Of a DNA stretch of 64,000 nt, positions 14,401 to 27,620 are shown in pieces. Position 1 is the first letter of the stretch, and the number at the start of each line of letters is the position of its first letter. A model generated the notes under the pieces. It saw only the letters and a program-made list of their open reading frames with translations, searched no databases and was not told the origin of the DNA. This DNA is from the human T2T-CHM13v2.0 reference genome, Homo sapiens, in the NCBI RefSeq assembly GCF_009914755.1, contig NC_060927.1; one strand, given 5' to 3'. The position numbers were made by a program, and so were the translations under genes.

Positions 14401-15910
14401 GGGAAATAGATGGATCATTGATTTAAAAAGGGAGATTAGAAGAATTGCTGTTTCAACCTGCATCTGCATCATGTCTAATGGCGCCAAAAAAAAAAAAAAA
14501 GTAAAATTCAGACATAAGAGAGTCCTCTGACTCATGGAAGGAAGTAATCTACTCAAATAAACTGAGTATAATGTAAATAAGAAATAAAAAATATGAGAAA
14601 AGCTATATTTTCCTTGCCCCTATAGATGTTAATAAGTTATCTTATTGTGTCTCATGTAACAAAACCTTTTCAGATAAGTTATACTTTCATTTTGAGATCA
14701 TAGTTTTATGAAAAAGAAATTGAATATTTAAACAGAGATAAGCTCCTTAAAGCCAAAAATTATTATGGCATTTGAAATTACAAGTGATAAAGCTACTGAA
14801 ACATTTTACAGGATGAATTATTGTATAGCATTGGCTAGAGTGCAACAAAACACTAAGCCATACAAAATACTAAGCCATATACAGATTGCATTGTTGAATG
14901 CCTGCTGGATGAAAAGTCACTAAAAGTAATCATGAAAGCTCCATTTTCCAAACATAGTAACTTTTTGAATGAAAGATTTAATTACAAAAAGGAAGACTGG
15001 ATTGATGTCTACAGAATTGTAATGATTTTGCTGGACTTGCTCTTTTGCTTGTATTTGTCTAATATCAGCACCAAGTAATCATCAAAGATCTTTTATTTGA
15101 ATATTTGGCATTAAATGCAAGTTGCACTAAAATATTAAAATGTTAAAAAAATATTTTGAACACCATAATTTATTTCAGAACTCCTGCGTTGACATTTGCA
15201 TCAATGGTTCAAAAACAATAGTGAGTAAAACTGCTAGCATGAATCAAGTCATTGTATTTTTCCTTGAACATACATTTAAAAATGAAAAACAGTTTAATTT
15301 GAAAATGCCTTTTAAAAGCTTACTAAGATCTACTGGTCATGCACAGTGGCTAATGCCTGCAATCCCAACACTTTGGGAGGCTGATGGGGGAGGATTCCTT
15401 GAGGCCAGGAGTTCAAGACCAGCCTTGGCAACATAGCAAGACCCTGTCTCTAAAAAAAAATTAAAAAAAAAATAAAAGAAAGAAAAAAAAGAAATAGCCT
15501 GGTATGGTGTTCCACGCCTACAATTCCAGCTACTGAGGAGACTGAGGTGGGAGAATCACTTGAGCTCAGGAGTTTGAGGCTGCAGTGAGCCATGATTGTA
15601 GCACTGTACTCAAGCTTAGGGGACAGAATGAGACACAGAAAAATAAATACTCATTTTATTGAGTGTACATTCTTTTAACATTTTGTGTGAATGGGAAATA
15701 TGAATAATACTGAAGTACAATATCTTTAGGAAAAGCATTTGTGTAATTCTTTGAGTTGCAATCTCAAATAGGGGCTTTTTTCATAGTTTTAGTTGGAACA
15801 ATAAGTATGATTATTTATTCTGAGTATTTAAAAAAATTTTCTTGAACAGAAATGAAGTATATTACTGTAAGGAAAATAATGAAAATAACTTGATGATAGT
15901 GTTAAAAAAT
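14400..15910 (+). mobile_element. Charlie1-like hAT transposase fossil, interrupted by an Alu
   Basis: Decayed transposase-like segments (tactgaagtacaa...aggaaaagcatttgtgtaattctttgagttgc; gttgacatttgcatcaatggttcaaaaacaatagtgagtaaaactgct). Confidence 0.65.
15335..15648 (+). mobile_element. AluJ
   Basis: Dimeric Alu with J diagnostics (gcaacatagcaagaccc, gaggctgcagtgagccatgat) and an expanded A-rich linker. Confidence 0.93.
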
Positions 15911-15934
15911 CAAACCACATCTAACTCTTCTCTT

Positions 15935-16300
15935 TAGAGATCTAGATTTGCCAGACCTGAAATTTACACCATGCGTGTGTATGTGTGTAGAGGGGAGGAT
16001 GGTGGTGGTGGTTCATATTTAAGAAAAAGAATACAAAATAAATACAAAATTAGGTTTAAAGTGAGTATTTATTTAGAATGAGAAAACATCAGTGAGGTAA
16101 TTCAGATACCTTTCTTCTGAGGTCTCCTTAGGCAATTTAACCAGGCATGTTTACACAGAAATGCTTCTGACTGAAACCTGGCTTCCACTCTGTACCTAGG
16201 ACTCATTACTATTCCCAGAAACTCCCTGCACTTACAGGGTCTCATGAAAGTGAGGGGAACTGAAACTTAAATTTTTATCAGGTGCAGAGTAAGTCACTCC
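15935..16300 (+). mobile_element. MER96B-like hAT element
   Basis: tttaagaaaaagaatacaaaat...aaattagg...aagtgaggggaactgaaacttaa. Confidence 0.55.
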
Positions 16301-17320
16301 AACTGTTTCCATTAGAATATGTTTCTCATGATATTATCTGATAGATGTAAATTTAACTAATGAAGTTTTTAAAACCTGTGAACTGCTGAATTTTTACAAA
16401 CTGAAAACACCTGTATAACCAATATAATGCTCGAGAAGCAGAACTTGAATGGGATCCCAGAAACTCTTTGTGCACCCTCCACTCACTACATGCCTCCTGT
16501 ATTGCCAAAGATAACTGCTATCCTTATTTCAAATTACCGATTTTGTACTTTATATAAATGGAATCATAAGGTATTCTATTGTGTCTGACTTTTTCTTAAC
16601 ATGTTGAGATTCATCCATATTTTATAGTGGTAGACCATTTTCATTGTATTGTATTCCACTGTGTGGAATTTTGGTGTCTTTATTAATGAACTTTAATGAA
16701 CATTTGAATAGTCTTCAGTTTTTTGCTATTATGAATAGTGTTCTATGAACATTCTAATTTATGTCTGCTGGTAAATGAATGCATGCATTTTCTTGTGGAT
16801 AAACACTTAGAAGTGGAATTGCTGAGCCATGGGGTATGAATATGTTCATCTTTAGTAGATACTGCCAAACAGCTGTCCAAAGTGGTTGTACCAATTCAGA
16901 CTCCCACCAGCAATGTATGAGAGGTGTGATTGCTCCATATCTCTGTCTACTCTGTTACTGTCCATCTATTTCATTTTAGCCAGTTTGCTAGGTACACCGT
17001 AGTATTACATTATGGTTTTAATTTACATTAGGCTGATAACTAAAGAGGTTGAGACTTGGATATCTTCTTTTTTGAAGTGACTTTAAAAATCTTTCACCTG
17101 TTGTTTACTTCCTGGACCCTCTAATTGGGCTTCTTATTAATTTGTATTAGTGTTTTATATAGTCTGAATAGATACCAGTCCTTTGTCAAATATATGTATT
17201 GGAAATACTTTCTTTCACTCTGTGAGTTGTCTAATCATTCTTTTAATGAATAAAGGTTAATACAGGCCAGTTGCTCATTTTAAAAATCTTTACGGTTAGA
17301 GTATTTTGTCTTTGCCTACA

Positions 17321-18285
17321 TATAGTAAAGGATTGAGCTTGTTCAAAGCAAGCTATGGCCCTTACCCCTGGCAGGTAATCTGTAAACCCTTGGAATGTCC
17401 TGCTTCATGAGAGTAACTTTGTTTACCTGGATGCCTTAGGCCATGCCAGTTGTTAGTTCATTCTTGCACTGCTATAAAGAAATAACTGAGACTCAGTAAT
17501 TTATAAAGATGAGAGATTTAATTGGCTTACGGTTCTGCAGGCTCTACAAGAAGCATGATGCTGACATCTGCTCAGCTTCTGGTGAAGCCTCAGGGAGATT
17601 TCAATCATGGTAGAAGGAGAAGAGGGAACAGAACTATCACAGGGGAACACAGGAGCAAGCAAGCGAGAGTGGGGGTGGGGAGTGCCACACACTTTTAAAT
17701 GACCAGATCTTGCGAGAACTATCGCGAAGACAGCACCTAGCCATGAGGGATCTGCCCCCTTGACTAAACACCTCCCATCAGGCTCACCTCCAGCACTGAG
17801 GATTACAATTCAACATGAGATTTGGGTAGGGACAAATACTCAAACTGCATCACCAGTTTATGCTAACACTGTTATTTATGGTTGGGACCTTGGGTCATGT
17901 GGTATCACATTGACCTCTGGAGAGGCTGGCAACTCCAAGGTCAGCAATGTGAGAAGTGAGCCATAATTACGCCATTGATACCCTCCCCACTCCCACCTCC
18001 AGTCCTCTAAAAACAATGGACACCAAGGCTTGGTTGAGCTTCCCTGGTTCCATTGCCACAAGGTTCCATTACATCTTTGCTATAAGTAAGCACTGTCCAC
18101 ACAACTCCACTGGGAGAAGACAACTGGAAGCTCTGTCTGGTCTCTCCTGGACCTTGCCCTATGTGCTTCCTTCTATTTAATTTTAATCTATAAGCTTTTG
18201 ATATAGCAAACTATGAGTATAATAACTCTGCTGAGTTCTGTTTGTCTAGTGAATTACTAAACCTGAGGGGGGTTTTGGGGAACTG
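17321..18285 (+). mobile_element. MER21C-like LTR (split by MSTB)
   Basis: cccttggaatgtcctgc...ggacaccaaggcttggttgagcttccctgg...ctccactgggagaagacaactggaagc...aacctgagggggg. Confidence 0.78.
17451..17852 (-). mobile_element. MSTB-like MaLR solo LTR
   Basis: gcatgatgctgacatctgctcagcttctggtga...; perfect 5-bp TSD ccagt at 17446-17450 and 17853-17857. Confidence 0.9.
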
Positions 18286-18702
18286 CTGCCTATCAAAGGT
18301 CATGCAAATGTCCTCTTGTTTTAAGGCTTTGTTTTTATGCACATTTGGTTACGCCACCACTCTAGAATCACTCTTTGTGCACAGTGTGGTATGTGAATTA
18401 CTAGTCAAGATACATTTTTTTCCTATGTGACATTCACTTCACCTTGCATCATTCATTGAAAAGACCACCTTTTCTCACTGCATTGATGTCACTTTTGCCA
18501 TAAGTCAGCTGATCTGTATGTTTTTATATTATTTTCTATTCTGTTCCATTAGTTCATCTCACTGTTTTGAACAAATATGTCTCAATTACTAATTCTTTAT
18601 GATGGTACTTCGAATCCATTGAATCCTCCAGCTTTGCTCTCCTTCAAAATTGGCTTGGCTATTTGTGGCCTTTTGTATATCTACGTGAACTTTAAGCTTG
18701 TC

Positions 18703-19007
18703 TTTTTTTTTTTTTTTTTTTTTTTTTTAGACCAAGTCATGCTTTGTCACCCAGGCTGGAGTGCATGGCGCAATTCTGGCTCACTGCAATCTCTGCCTCC
18801 CAGGGTCAAGCAATCGTTCCACATCAGCCTCCTGAGTAGCTGGGACTACAGGCAGGTGCCACTACCCCTTGCTATTTTATTTTTTTTTCTAGATACTGCG
18901 TCTCACTATGTTGCCCAAGCTGGTCTTGAACTCCTGAGCTCAAGTGATCTGCCCACCTCGGCCTCCCAAAGTGCTGGGATTACAGGTGTGAGCCATTGTG
19001 CCCAGCC
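18703..19007 (-). mobile_element. AluJ
   Basis: Poly-T followed by antisense Alu; TSD agcttgtc at 18695 and 19008. Confidence 0.93.
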
Positions 19008-19479
19008 AGCTTGTCAATATATGTATTTTAATTTGCTGGAATTTTGATGAGGGTTATATTGAATTATAAATTAACATTTTTACATCTGTTATCTTTACAG
19101 TATTAAATCCAGTAATCCTTGAACACATTATATACTTTTATTTATTTAGATATTTAATTTCGCTCAATATTGACTTGTAGTTTTCAGTGTAGAGACGTAC
19201 ATCCTTCCTTCAATTTATGCCTAGGTATTTGAAAGGTTTAAAAATGATGCTATTATAATTTATATAACATTTGTATGGAAAACCCAAAAGAAACTACTGC
19301 AGTAGTTAATGGTGATGACTATTAGCAATTTTCCTAATTGCAAAGACAATATTAAAAAAGCAATTTTATTTCTATATGCCAACAATAGAAAAATTATAAA
19401 AAACATAGGCTAATGTTTTATTTGAAAAATATTTTTCTTTTAATACTGACTTAGAAAAATCTGTGGAATCTGAAAGTAA

Positions 19480-19949
<470 letters not shown>

Positions 19950-21968
19950 TAACTATCGAATGATGTAATGATTTTTACAGAGTTTAACATTCCTTTTAGA
20001 ACTCCAATAACTGTATTTATTTAACCTGCATACTGATGACTGCAATTAGGGGTCACTTTATCTTAGAATAATTAAATATATCATGATATCCTAGTTTAAT
20101 CCATTAAATTGTTACTTTCAGTTTGCCAACAAGTTCTTATGGTCTGGTTATCTTATGATTAAATCAGCACAAAATATATTTCACTTATTTATAATTTTTC
20201 AAGTTTTATTTTCTAAGTAGCAGGCAAATTCTTCAAGGAAACCTAATTATAACAAAACAGTATGTCATATTTCTATTTCATTTGATGTAATTTAAATTTT
20301 AATTCCTGATTTGTCAAAAAATAATTAGAACTTTACCATTTCCCAAATATAAAAGAAAAATGTCCTGGATATCAATCTACAGAAAGGCATGAAGCTGCAA
20401 AGGACAGAGGAGAAGGTGATGATGTGTCAAATCAGATAGACCAGTGTATCAATTATAGTTCAAAGATGGAGACTCTCTTGGGTGAACCCATAATTCTACT
20501 GGCCATACTCCTTGATTAGACTACACTGGATAATAAGACATCTCTATAGTTAGTTCCCCAAAATTAGATATCTTAATTATTTGCCTATAGAGTTTTATAA
20601 GTCCTTTTGTAAGAAGAAAACAAAATGGACATTTCTGGACTATATCATTTTGAACATTAAATACACATTATATTTGATACCCAAGTGTAACACTTACCTG
20701 GCCTCTCTCTCCCAGCTGTGGCTGACCTTTAAAACTGGCACGGCCATTAGATTGAAGACTATAGCAGGTCTTTTACCTATACAAGTGGTTTCTACAAAAG
20801 GAGCCTGGTAAAGAAAACTGAGTCAGAAAGAAGGTGGCACTTTTGTTATCCGGATGAATGCTTTTGCTCTGAACAGGCAGTTGCTGTTCTCCAAGATCTC
20901 TGGCATGCTTGCCCAGAGAGAAGAGCTGTGTAGCCTCCATCATCCATAGAGGTGGCAGGAACACCATTTGCACAAGTCAGAATGAGGAAAGGTAGGAGAC
21001 TTAGGATGTGAGGCTTGAGAGAAAAACAGTTGACAAAGCAGCAGCAAAATTCTCCTAGTGTACACAGCCTATTCTCCTGAGGGGAGTCATATAAGTGCAA
21101 ATATAACATCTATAGCTACAGGAATTTTTTGTTTGTGCTCTTTTAATATTTATTTTATCTATTTGTCACAAACATGTAATGAATGTTGGTATGCATGTAT
21201 CTGCCTCCTCCACTGGACTCTGAGAAACCACACACCCAGAATCTTGTACATGGTTGGAACTAAATAAACCACACTGTTAGAATGCATGCCAATCTTTAAA
21301 ATAGACTATTGTAATGTTAATTTATACCTACATACATGACTTAATTTTCAAAAGATCTTAACAAGTGGGTACATAAGTCCCCTCTCAGTGATGTGTTAAT
21401 TTTTTAAATATTTGTAAATATTGTGTTCTGTGCTGAAACAAACTGGAAAAAAACAAGTTTTAAAAATGTACTGAGCAAAAGGAAAATGTGCCTCTCTATT
21501 AACCTAGTCAATGTGGAAAACTATAACACTGCATAATATTTTGAATTAATATAAATCATGAATTATAATGTTACAGTTGCATTTGGGCTAATTTGTATTA
21601 TTCTGACAAGGTCAGAAAATTATGTGATTCAATTATTTCAAGCAAAATCATGGTTTTAGTATGTATGTTTGACAATTCTATTTTTACAACCAATGAAGCC
21701 AACTGTTTGATACAGAATCTGTCCTAGAAAATACCTATGTAGAGAGTTATGGATTTAAAATACAATAAGATGTTTTAAAAATTCGGTTAAAATGCTAAAC
21801 AGATTAAAAAAAAAACCCTTTAACAAAACTGGTCCTTAAGGTACCTCTCCTAACACACATAAATCAGGTAATTGAAACATAAATGGACACTGAAGAATAT
21901 GGACACGTGAACTGTACTTGCATCTTCCTCATCCTTTTCCTCTCAGTCTCCCTCATCTCAGTACATGG

Positions 21969-22304
21969 TGCTAGGATCTGAATGGTTGTGTCAGTTGCAC
22001 CCCCACCCCCTTGTGCCATAATTCATATGTTGAGCCCTAATCCTCAATGTGATGGTATCTGGAGGTGGGTCCTTTGGGAGGTGACTTGTATTCTTATAAA
22101 AGAGACCCCAGAGTGATTCCCTTGTCCCTTCTGCCATGCGAAGACACAGCAGAAACATTTATGAATGAGGAAAACACCCAACACAAAATTTGCAAGCACT
22201 TTGATCATGGACTTGCCCCCAAAACTGTGAGAAAGAAATTTCTGTTGTTTATAAGCCACTAGTCTAAGATATTTTTGTTCCAGCAGCCCCAAAGGGCTTA
22301 GACA
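21969..22304 (+). mobile_element. MLT1A-like MaLR solo LTR inserted in an L2 fragment
   Basis: TG...CA ends; attcatatgttga...aaactgtgagaaagaaatttctgttgtttataagccac; TSD catgg/aatgg. Confidence 0.85.
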
Positions 22305-23209
22305 AATGGTAATTCTTACAATAGTTTAAGACAAAAACCATGCCATAATACCTGATGCTTGCCTTTCTCTCACATTAAAATCTTGAGTAAACTTTGTTAG
22401 CTCTACGTTCACAATATATCCAGAATGTGCTAGCTTTTTTTTTTTTTTTTTTTTAACCAGCTAATACCCATCATTTCTAGTTTGGATTATTACAATAATA
22501 CTGAAAGTGTTTATTCCTTCAATTGTTAATCCACCTACTACTGGAACAAACCACTTAAACCAGACACTGTTCTGGGTTCTTTAGTATACAGGAAATTATC
22601 TTTTTGGACTTTACAAAACGAATACCTCTTATCCACCCTGAATCTTACTATAGTGCACTGTCTCAGGACATGACTGCCAGAGCACTGAATATAGTCAATA
22701 TGATAAAATAATTCTAATACCCAAGTAAAAAAATCATTTTCCAGGATGGGCTTCCAATGCTTTGCTTCTAAATCCAACTAACTTGGAAAACCTAATTGGT
22801 ATGTCATTCAGAATATTCTGATGATAGATCACTATCGGTAAATGATTCTAGTCAAAAGGAATAAAAAGAAATGAATGAAATTGCTATATAAACATTCTTT
22901 TTATTTTTAAACATAAATGAAGATGTTTTGGCCCTTACATCTCTAAAAGCGAAGAAGAGAGAAAACTGATGTTAGACTTCGTCTGATTCTAGCAATAAAT
23001 AATATTTGTTCATGGAAACCTAATTTTAAAAAAATGCCCAAGCTAATTAAGAAATACATTTCAATAAAATGTTACTTTTTATATTTATTCAAATTGGGAT
23101 ATTTGTTATTTTGATCAGCTGAACACTAATTATAGTTGTAATCATACAAAAAATTCCTATGTTAGCATTTAGGAGATTATGATCACAGGATATACACAAA
23201 ATTTAAATA

Positions 23210-23433
23210 CAGTTGTCTGTTGGTATATACCTGGGATTGGTTCCAGGACCCCCGGTATACCAAAATCCTCTCATACACAAGTTCTGCAGCTAGTCCTGCA
23301 GAACCTGCTTACAGTAAAAGTCAGCTGTCCTTGGGTTTCATATACAGCATATACTATATTTTTGATCCTCATTTGGTTGAAAAAAATCTATGTATGAGTA
23401 CAATTCAAACCTGTGTTGTTCAAGGGACAACGG
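23210..23433 (+). mobile_element. MER8 (Tigger-family MITE)
   Basis: cagttgtc...ggattggttccaggacccc...gtgttgttcaagggacaacgg, flanked by TA on both sides. Confidence 0.85.
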
Positions 23434-23514
23434 TATACACATATTTTTTGCTGCAGGAAAGGATAACCAATAAGGCTTATGCCTAAAACCGTACTATATA
23501 GAATTCTTGTTAGT

Positions 23515-23729
23515 CAGGGTTTCTCAACAGCACACTATTGAGATGTTGAGTGGGTTAATTTCTTGTTGTTGGGGGTTGTCTTTTGCAATGTAGGATATTT
23601 TGCAGCATCCTTGGCATGTTCCCACTAGACAACAGTAGTACCCCACTCCCTAGTTTATGAAATCAAAAATGTCTCCAGACATTGCCAACTGGCCCCTGGG
23701 AGGCAACAGTCCCTTGCTGAGAACCACTG
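23515..23729 (+). mobile_element. MER20 hAT-Charlie MITE
   Basis: cagggtttctcaac...aaaaatgtctccagacattgcc...gagaaccactg. Confidence 0.88.
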
Positions 23730-23979
23730 CAGTAGAGAATAGAATAGTAATACAATGTAAAACTTTGACTATCAAAATGGATGTTAGTATCAAACTACTA
23801 TGGTATTTAATTCCATCTGATAATATTTAAAACAGTGATAGTTACTGTAAAATGACATTTTACAATGCACTGGAAATTACATTATTTGCCATTACTTAAA
23901 ATAATGGTCAAGAACTTTAAATGATCCACTGGTTGAAAGCATCCTGTAGTTTATAGGAAAGGTGAGTAATGCACATTAA

Positions 23980-24285
<306 letters not shown>

Positions 24286-26605
24286 CCAATTAAGAGATAT
24301 TTTGCAAACCTTAATATGGCACTTTGGAACACTATATGTTTATCTTGTATAGTTCTAAGACTTTTTTCCTTTTGATGAATGTATTAAGTTCTTGAAAACT
24401 ATCTCTCCTGATAAACATCTAGAAAATTTAACTGAAAAGATCAGAGCTTTTAAACAAATGTAAACTACTTAGATGCAGAGCAAATGTTTTTCAAAATTCA
24501 AATTGTGTAGACTAGTAACCGTGTTTTATTTCCATGTTTCAAATGATGCCTATACAATTCCAAGCATCTGGAGGCTGAGAATAGTTTAAGAACTCCAAAG
24601 ACCTATTCGATACAAAGAAGCAGTACAGGTACCTCCTTAATCCTGTTACTAGTTACCTAAATAGTCTCACTATGCCCCGGTTCTCTCAGCTTAATCAGTT
24701 TAATGGCAACTTATGTAGTACTTTTATTGTTTTAAACCAATTCTAAATAGATTGTCTACTATTAATCGAACAAATTTATGAGGCATATAGAAAAGATGTC
24801 AGAAAGAAGAAATTTGTAGTTAAGTAATAACTTGCTTTGTTTACAATTCAGCAGCAGCAGCAGCCTCACAGCTGAACTACAGCACAGGTCTCCAGAACCA
24901 TCACACCAAACTCCTTTTCCTAAGAAAATCTCACTTGAGCTTTTAACTCTATATTATATGGAGTTTGGGGATATTTGAAAGCAAGTTAAATAAAATTCCC
25001 ACCAAAGGCGGCATAAGGCACTAGGCAGAAGTAGCCAAACTTAAGTACAGTAAGTCAATTTCTAGAAAGCTTTGAATATTATTTCAATTTGTCTGTCCGT
25101 ATTCAATGCAAATCGTTACAAAATCACGTCTATTTTGAATTTATTAAATTTCTCAAAGTTTTTTTTTCAAAATCTGAGTTCTTATAAGAATTTGTAACAA
25201 ATACCTGTTACAATTAAACAATACTGAAAGTATTGTTACTTTTGATAACCTGGTATAGATGTTTCTTATTAACCCGCTGTAGAGTTGATCTACACATGCC
25301 AGTTACCATGGTCTTCTAAAAGCACTGTTCAAGCCCTAAAATTAACTCAGTTAAGACTCAGTTGTTTAATAACGTATCAGGAACCACCTGTCCCTCAGAC
25401 TAAAAATCACTTCTCATTTTAACTACTCTAGCACTAAAAGTGAATAGCATAATAATGTATCTACTAGCGCTACTGCTAAACAGTCCGGGTCCCCTGAAAC
25501 TTATCCCTAAACACAGTGCTTTCGTGCGGCATCTGCGCCTTACTTTTGCAGTCTGGGGTGACTGAGTCAACGTGACCGTGCGGAGCACCAAGCAGCCCCG
25601 GGTCCCCATGGCTACCGCCAGGGCAACGCTTCGCGGCCCGCTCCTCAGGGACCCTCAGGGGCGGCACCGGGAAATCAGCTTTGCGGAGAGGAACCGCAGG
25701 GCTCCGGGGACGGGCTAGGGCAGCCGGCGGGCAGCAGAGGCAAGCCTGGCAAACTCTTCCCGGCTTCTTCGCGGCGCTTGGGGCAGACGTCCTGGCGACA
25801 CCAGGCCGCGTCGGTTCCCCTTCATCCTATTTTCCCTTTAACACGGTGGCTTGAGAACTTTATTTTGTGCTCACTCAAGAAAATTTTAAATGATTTTACA
25901 GATACAACCCCAAAGATGAAGCTCCAACAAACCCGCCACTACTCGAGCCTTTCTCACCGTCTTCCTCACAGGCCCCACCCCCTACCGCGAGGAGCACGAG
26001 CTGAGGGGAACACAAGCCCCCGTCGGGCACTCCCCGGCCTCGCCCCACCCCCCAGGCGCGCACCCAACCCATATAAGGCGAGGGGAGGCAATCGCGCCAG
26101 CTCTGCCTCCGCCTCGCGCGCCGTCCAGAGGGAAGGATTTGCAATAGACTTCCTCAGTTCATTTCTTCTTATTCCCTCCTCCCTTAAAGGGCCGTTTCCA
26201 CAATAGTGAAAGGAACGCACCAGTAAACCACAATAATCATAAAAGATGACTGTAATTAAGACTCTTTCTGAAACCAGAAACCGCGAGTTCATGCCCCCAC
26301 CTCAAGAGCCCGAGCTTCCCCCTCTCTGAACCGCCCCCACACCCGCTCCCGCGAGCTCCCGCTTACGCTTTCCGGGCGGCGCGCGACGCGCTCGCTCCGC
26401 CCCTCTGGCCCCGCCCCCGGCTCCCCTTCTTGGTCTCAGGAGAGCCAGCGCGCACAAGCAAGGGTGTGCGGCTCTGAGACGTGCGTTGCTGCTTGTGGGT
26501 GTGAGACATCCTAGCTCCTCTTCCCCTTCCGTGAGTCCCTCCTTTCCTCGCAGACCCCACTTGTCGTGGCTGGCTGCCGCCGCAGCTCTTGTGCGAAGCC
26601 AGCAG

Positions 26606-26617
26606 TGCGCGTGCGCG
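26606..26617. promoter_or_regulatory. NRF1-like site
   Basis: TGCGCGTGCGCG versus consensus YGCGCAYGCGCR, within the CpG island. Confidence 0.5.
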
Positions 26618-26963
26618 CGGGCACGGGCGCGCGACCGTCGGGTCCCCGCGCTCCCTCCCCCTCCCGCTCCTCTATAACTTGGCTGGCGTGGAGGAGGCGC
26701 CGCCGGAGTCGGAGGGCGGGGAGCTAGGAGGAGGGAGCTCGAGAGTTGTGGAGACTAGTGACTGGGAGAAGTCGCAGCCCGCTCAGGCCCGCGCCTTCCC
26801 GCTCCCCGTCTTCCTCTCTCACACACCTACTCCGCCCTCCGCCCCAGCCCGCGCGCTAGCTCCTTCTCTCGCCCGGGGTTCCTGCCGGTAGCTCTCCGGG
26901 TCTTGGCGCGGCGGGGGCGCCCCGGGGGTGCCCTCGCCCTCCCGTTGCGGGCGGGCGGGCGGT

Positions 26964-27620
26964 ATGTGGCGCCTGGTGCCCCCGAAGCTGGGCCGCCTGT
27001 CCCGCTCGCTGAAGCTGGCGGCGCTGGGCAGCCTGTTGGTGCTGATGGTGCTGCACTCGCCGTCGCTGCTCGCCTCTTGGCAGCGCAACGAACTGACCGA
27101 CCGGCGCTTCCTGCAGCTCAATAAGTGCCCGGCGTGCTTCGGCACGAGCTGGTGCCGCCGCTTCCTCAACGGGCAGGTGGTATTCGAGGCGTGGGGCCGC
27201 TTGCGCCTGCTGGACTTCCTCAACGTGAAGAACGTGTACTTCGCGCAGTACGGCGAGCCCCGCGAGGGCGGCCGCCGCCGAGTGGTGCTCAAGCGCCTCG
27301 GCTCGCAGCGCGAGCTGGCGCAGCTCGACCAGAGCATCTGCAAGCGGGCCACCGGCCGGCCCCGCTGCGACCTGCTGCAGGCCATGCCCCGGACCGAGTT
27401 CGCGCGCCTCAACGGCGACGTGCGTCTGCTCACGCCCGAGGCGGTGGAGGGCTGGTCGGACCTGGTGCACTGCCCCTCGCAGCGCCTTCTCGACCGCCTG
27501 GTGCGCCGCTACGCGGAGACCAAGGACTCGGGCAGCTTCCTGCTTCGCAACCTCAAGGACTCGGAGCGCATGCAGCTGCTGCTGACCCTGGCCTTCAACC
27601 CCGAGCCGCTGGTGCTACAG
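26964..27620 (+). CDS. DIPK2A: DIPK2A coding exon 1 (aa 1-219): N-terminal signal/anchor peptide plus N-lobe of a divergent kinase fold
   Basis: ATG at 26964 (ggcggtATGt) begins MWRLVPPKLGRLSRSLKLAALGSLLVLMVLHSPSLLASW, with a hydrophobic signal stretch, CPACFG and VVLKRL motifs. Ends ...EPLVLQ at donor CAG|gtaggc (27621). 657 nt, phase 0. Protein recognised as human C3orf58/DIA1. Confidence 0.97.

Larger units (their letters stand above)
16340..19230 (-). mobile_element. Old L1 (L1M) 3' region, interrupted by MER21, MSTB and Alu
   Basis: Typical antisense L1 3' end (tttttgctattatgaatagtg...actcccaccagcaatgtatgagag); resumes after 18285. Confidence 0.8.

Noticed and set aside
24848-24864. (CAG)5 run upstream of the promoter
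   Set aside because: Too short and non-coding to be notable.
26819-27470. Two 204-aa antisense ORFs over exon 1
   Set aside because: Expected shadow ORFs of a very GC-rich CDS; no recognisable domain.
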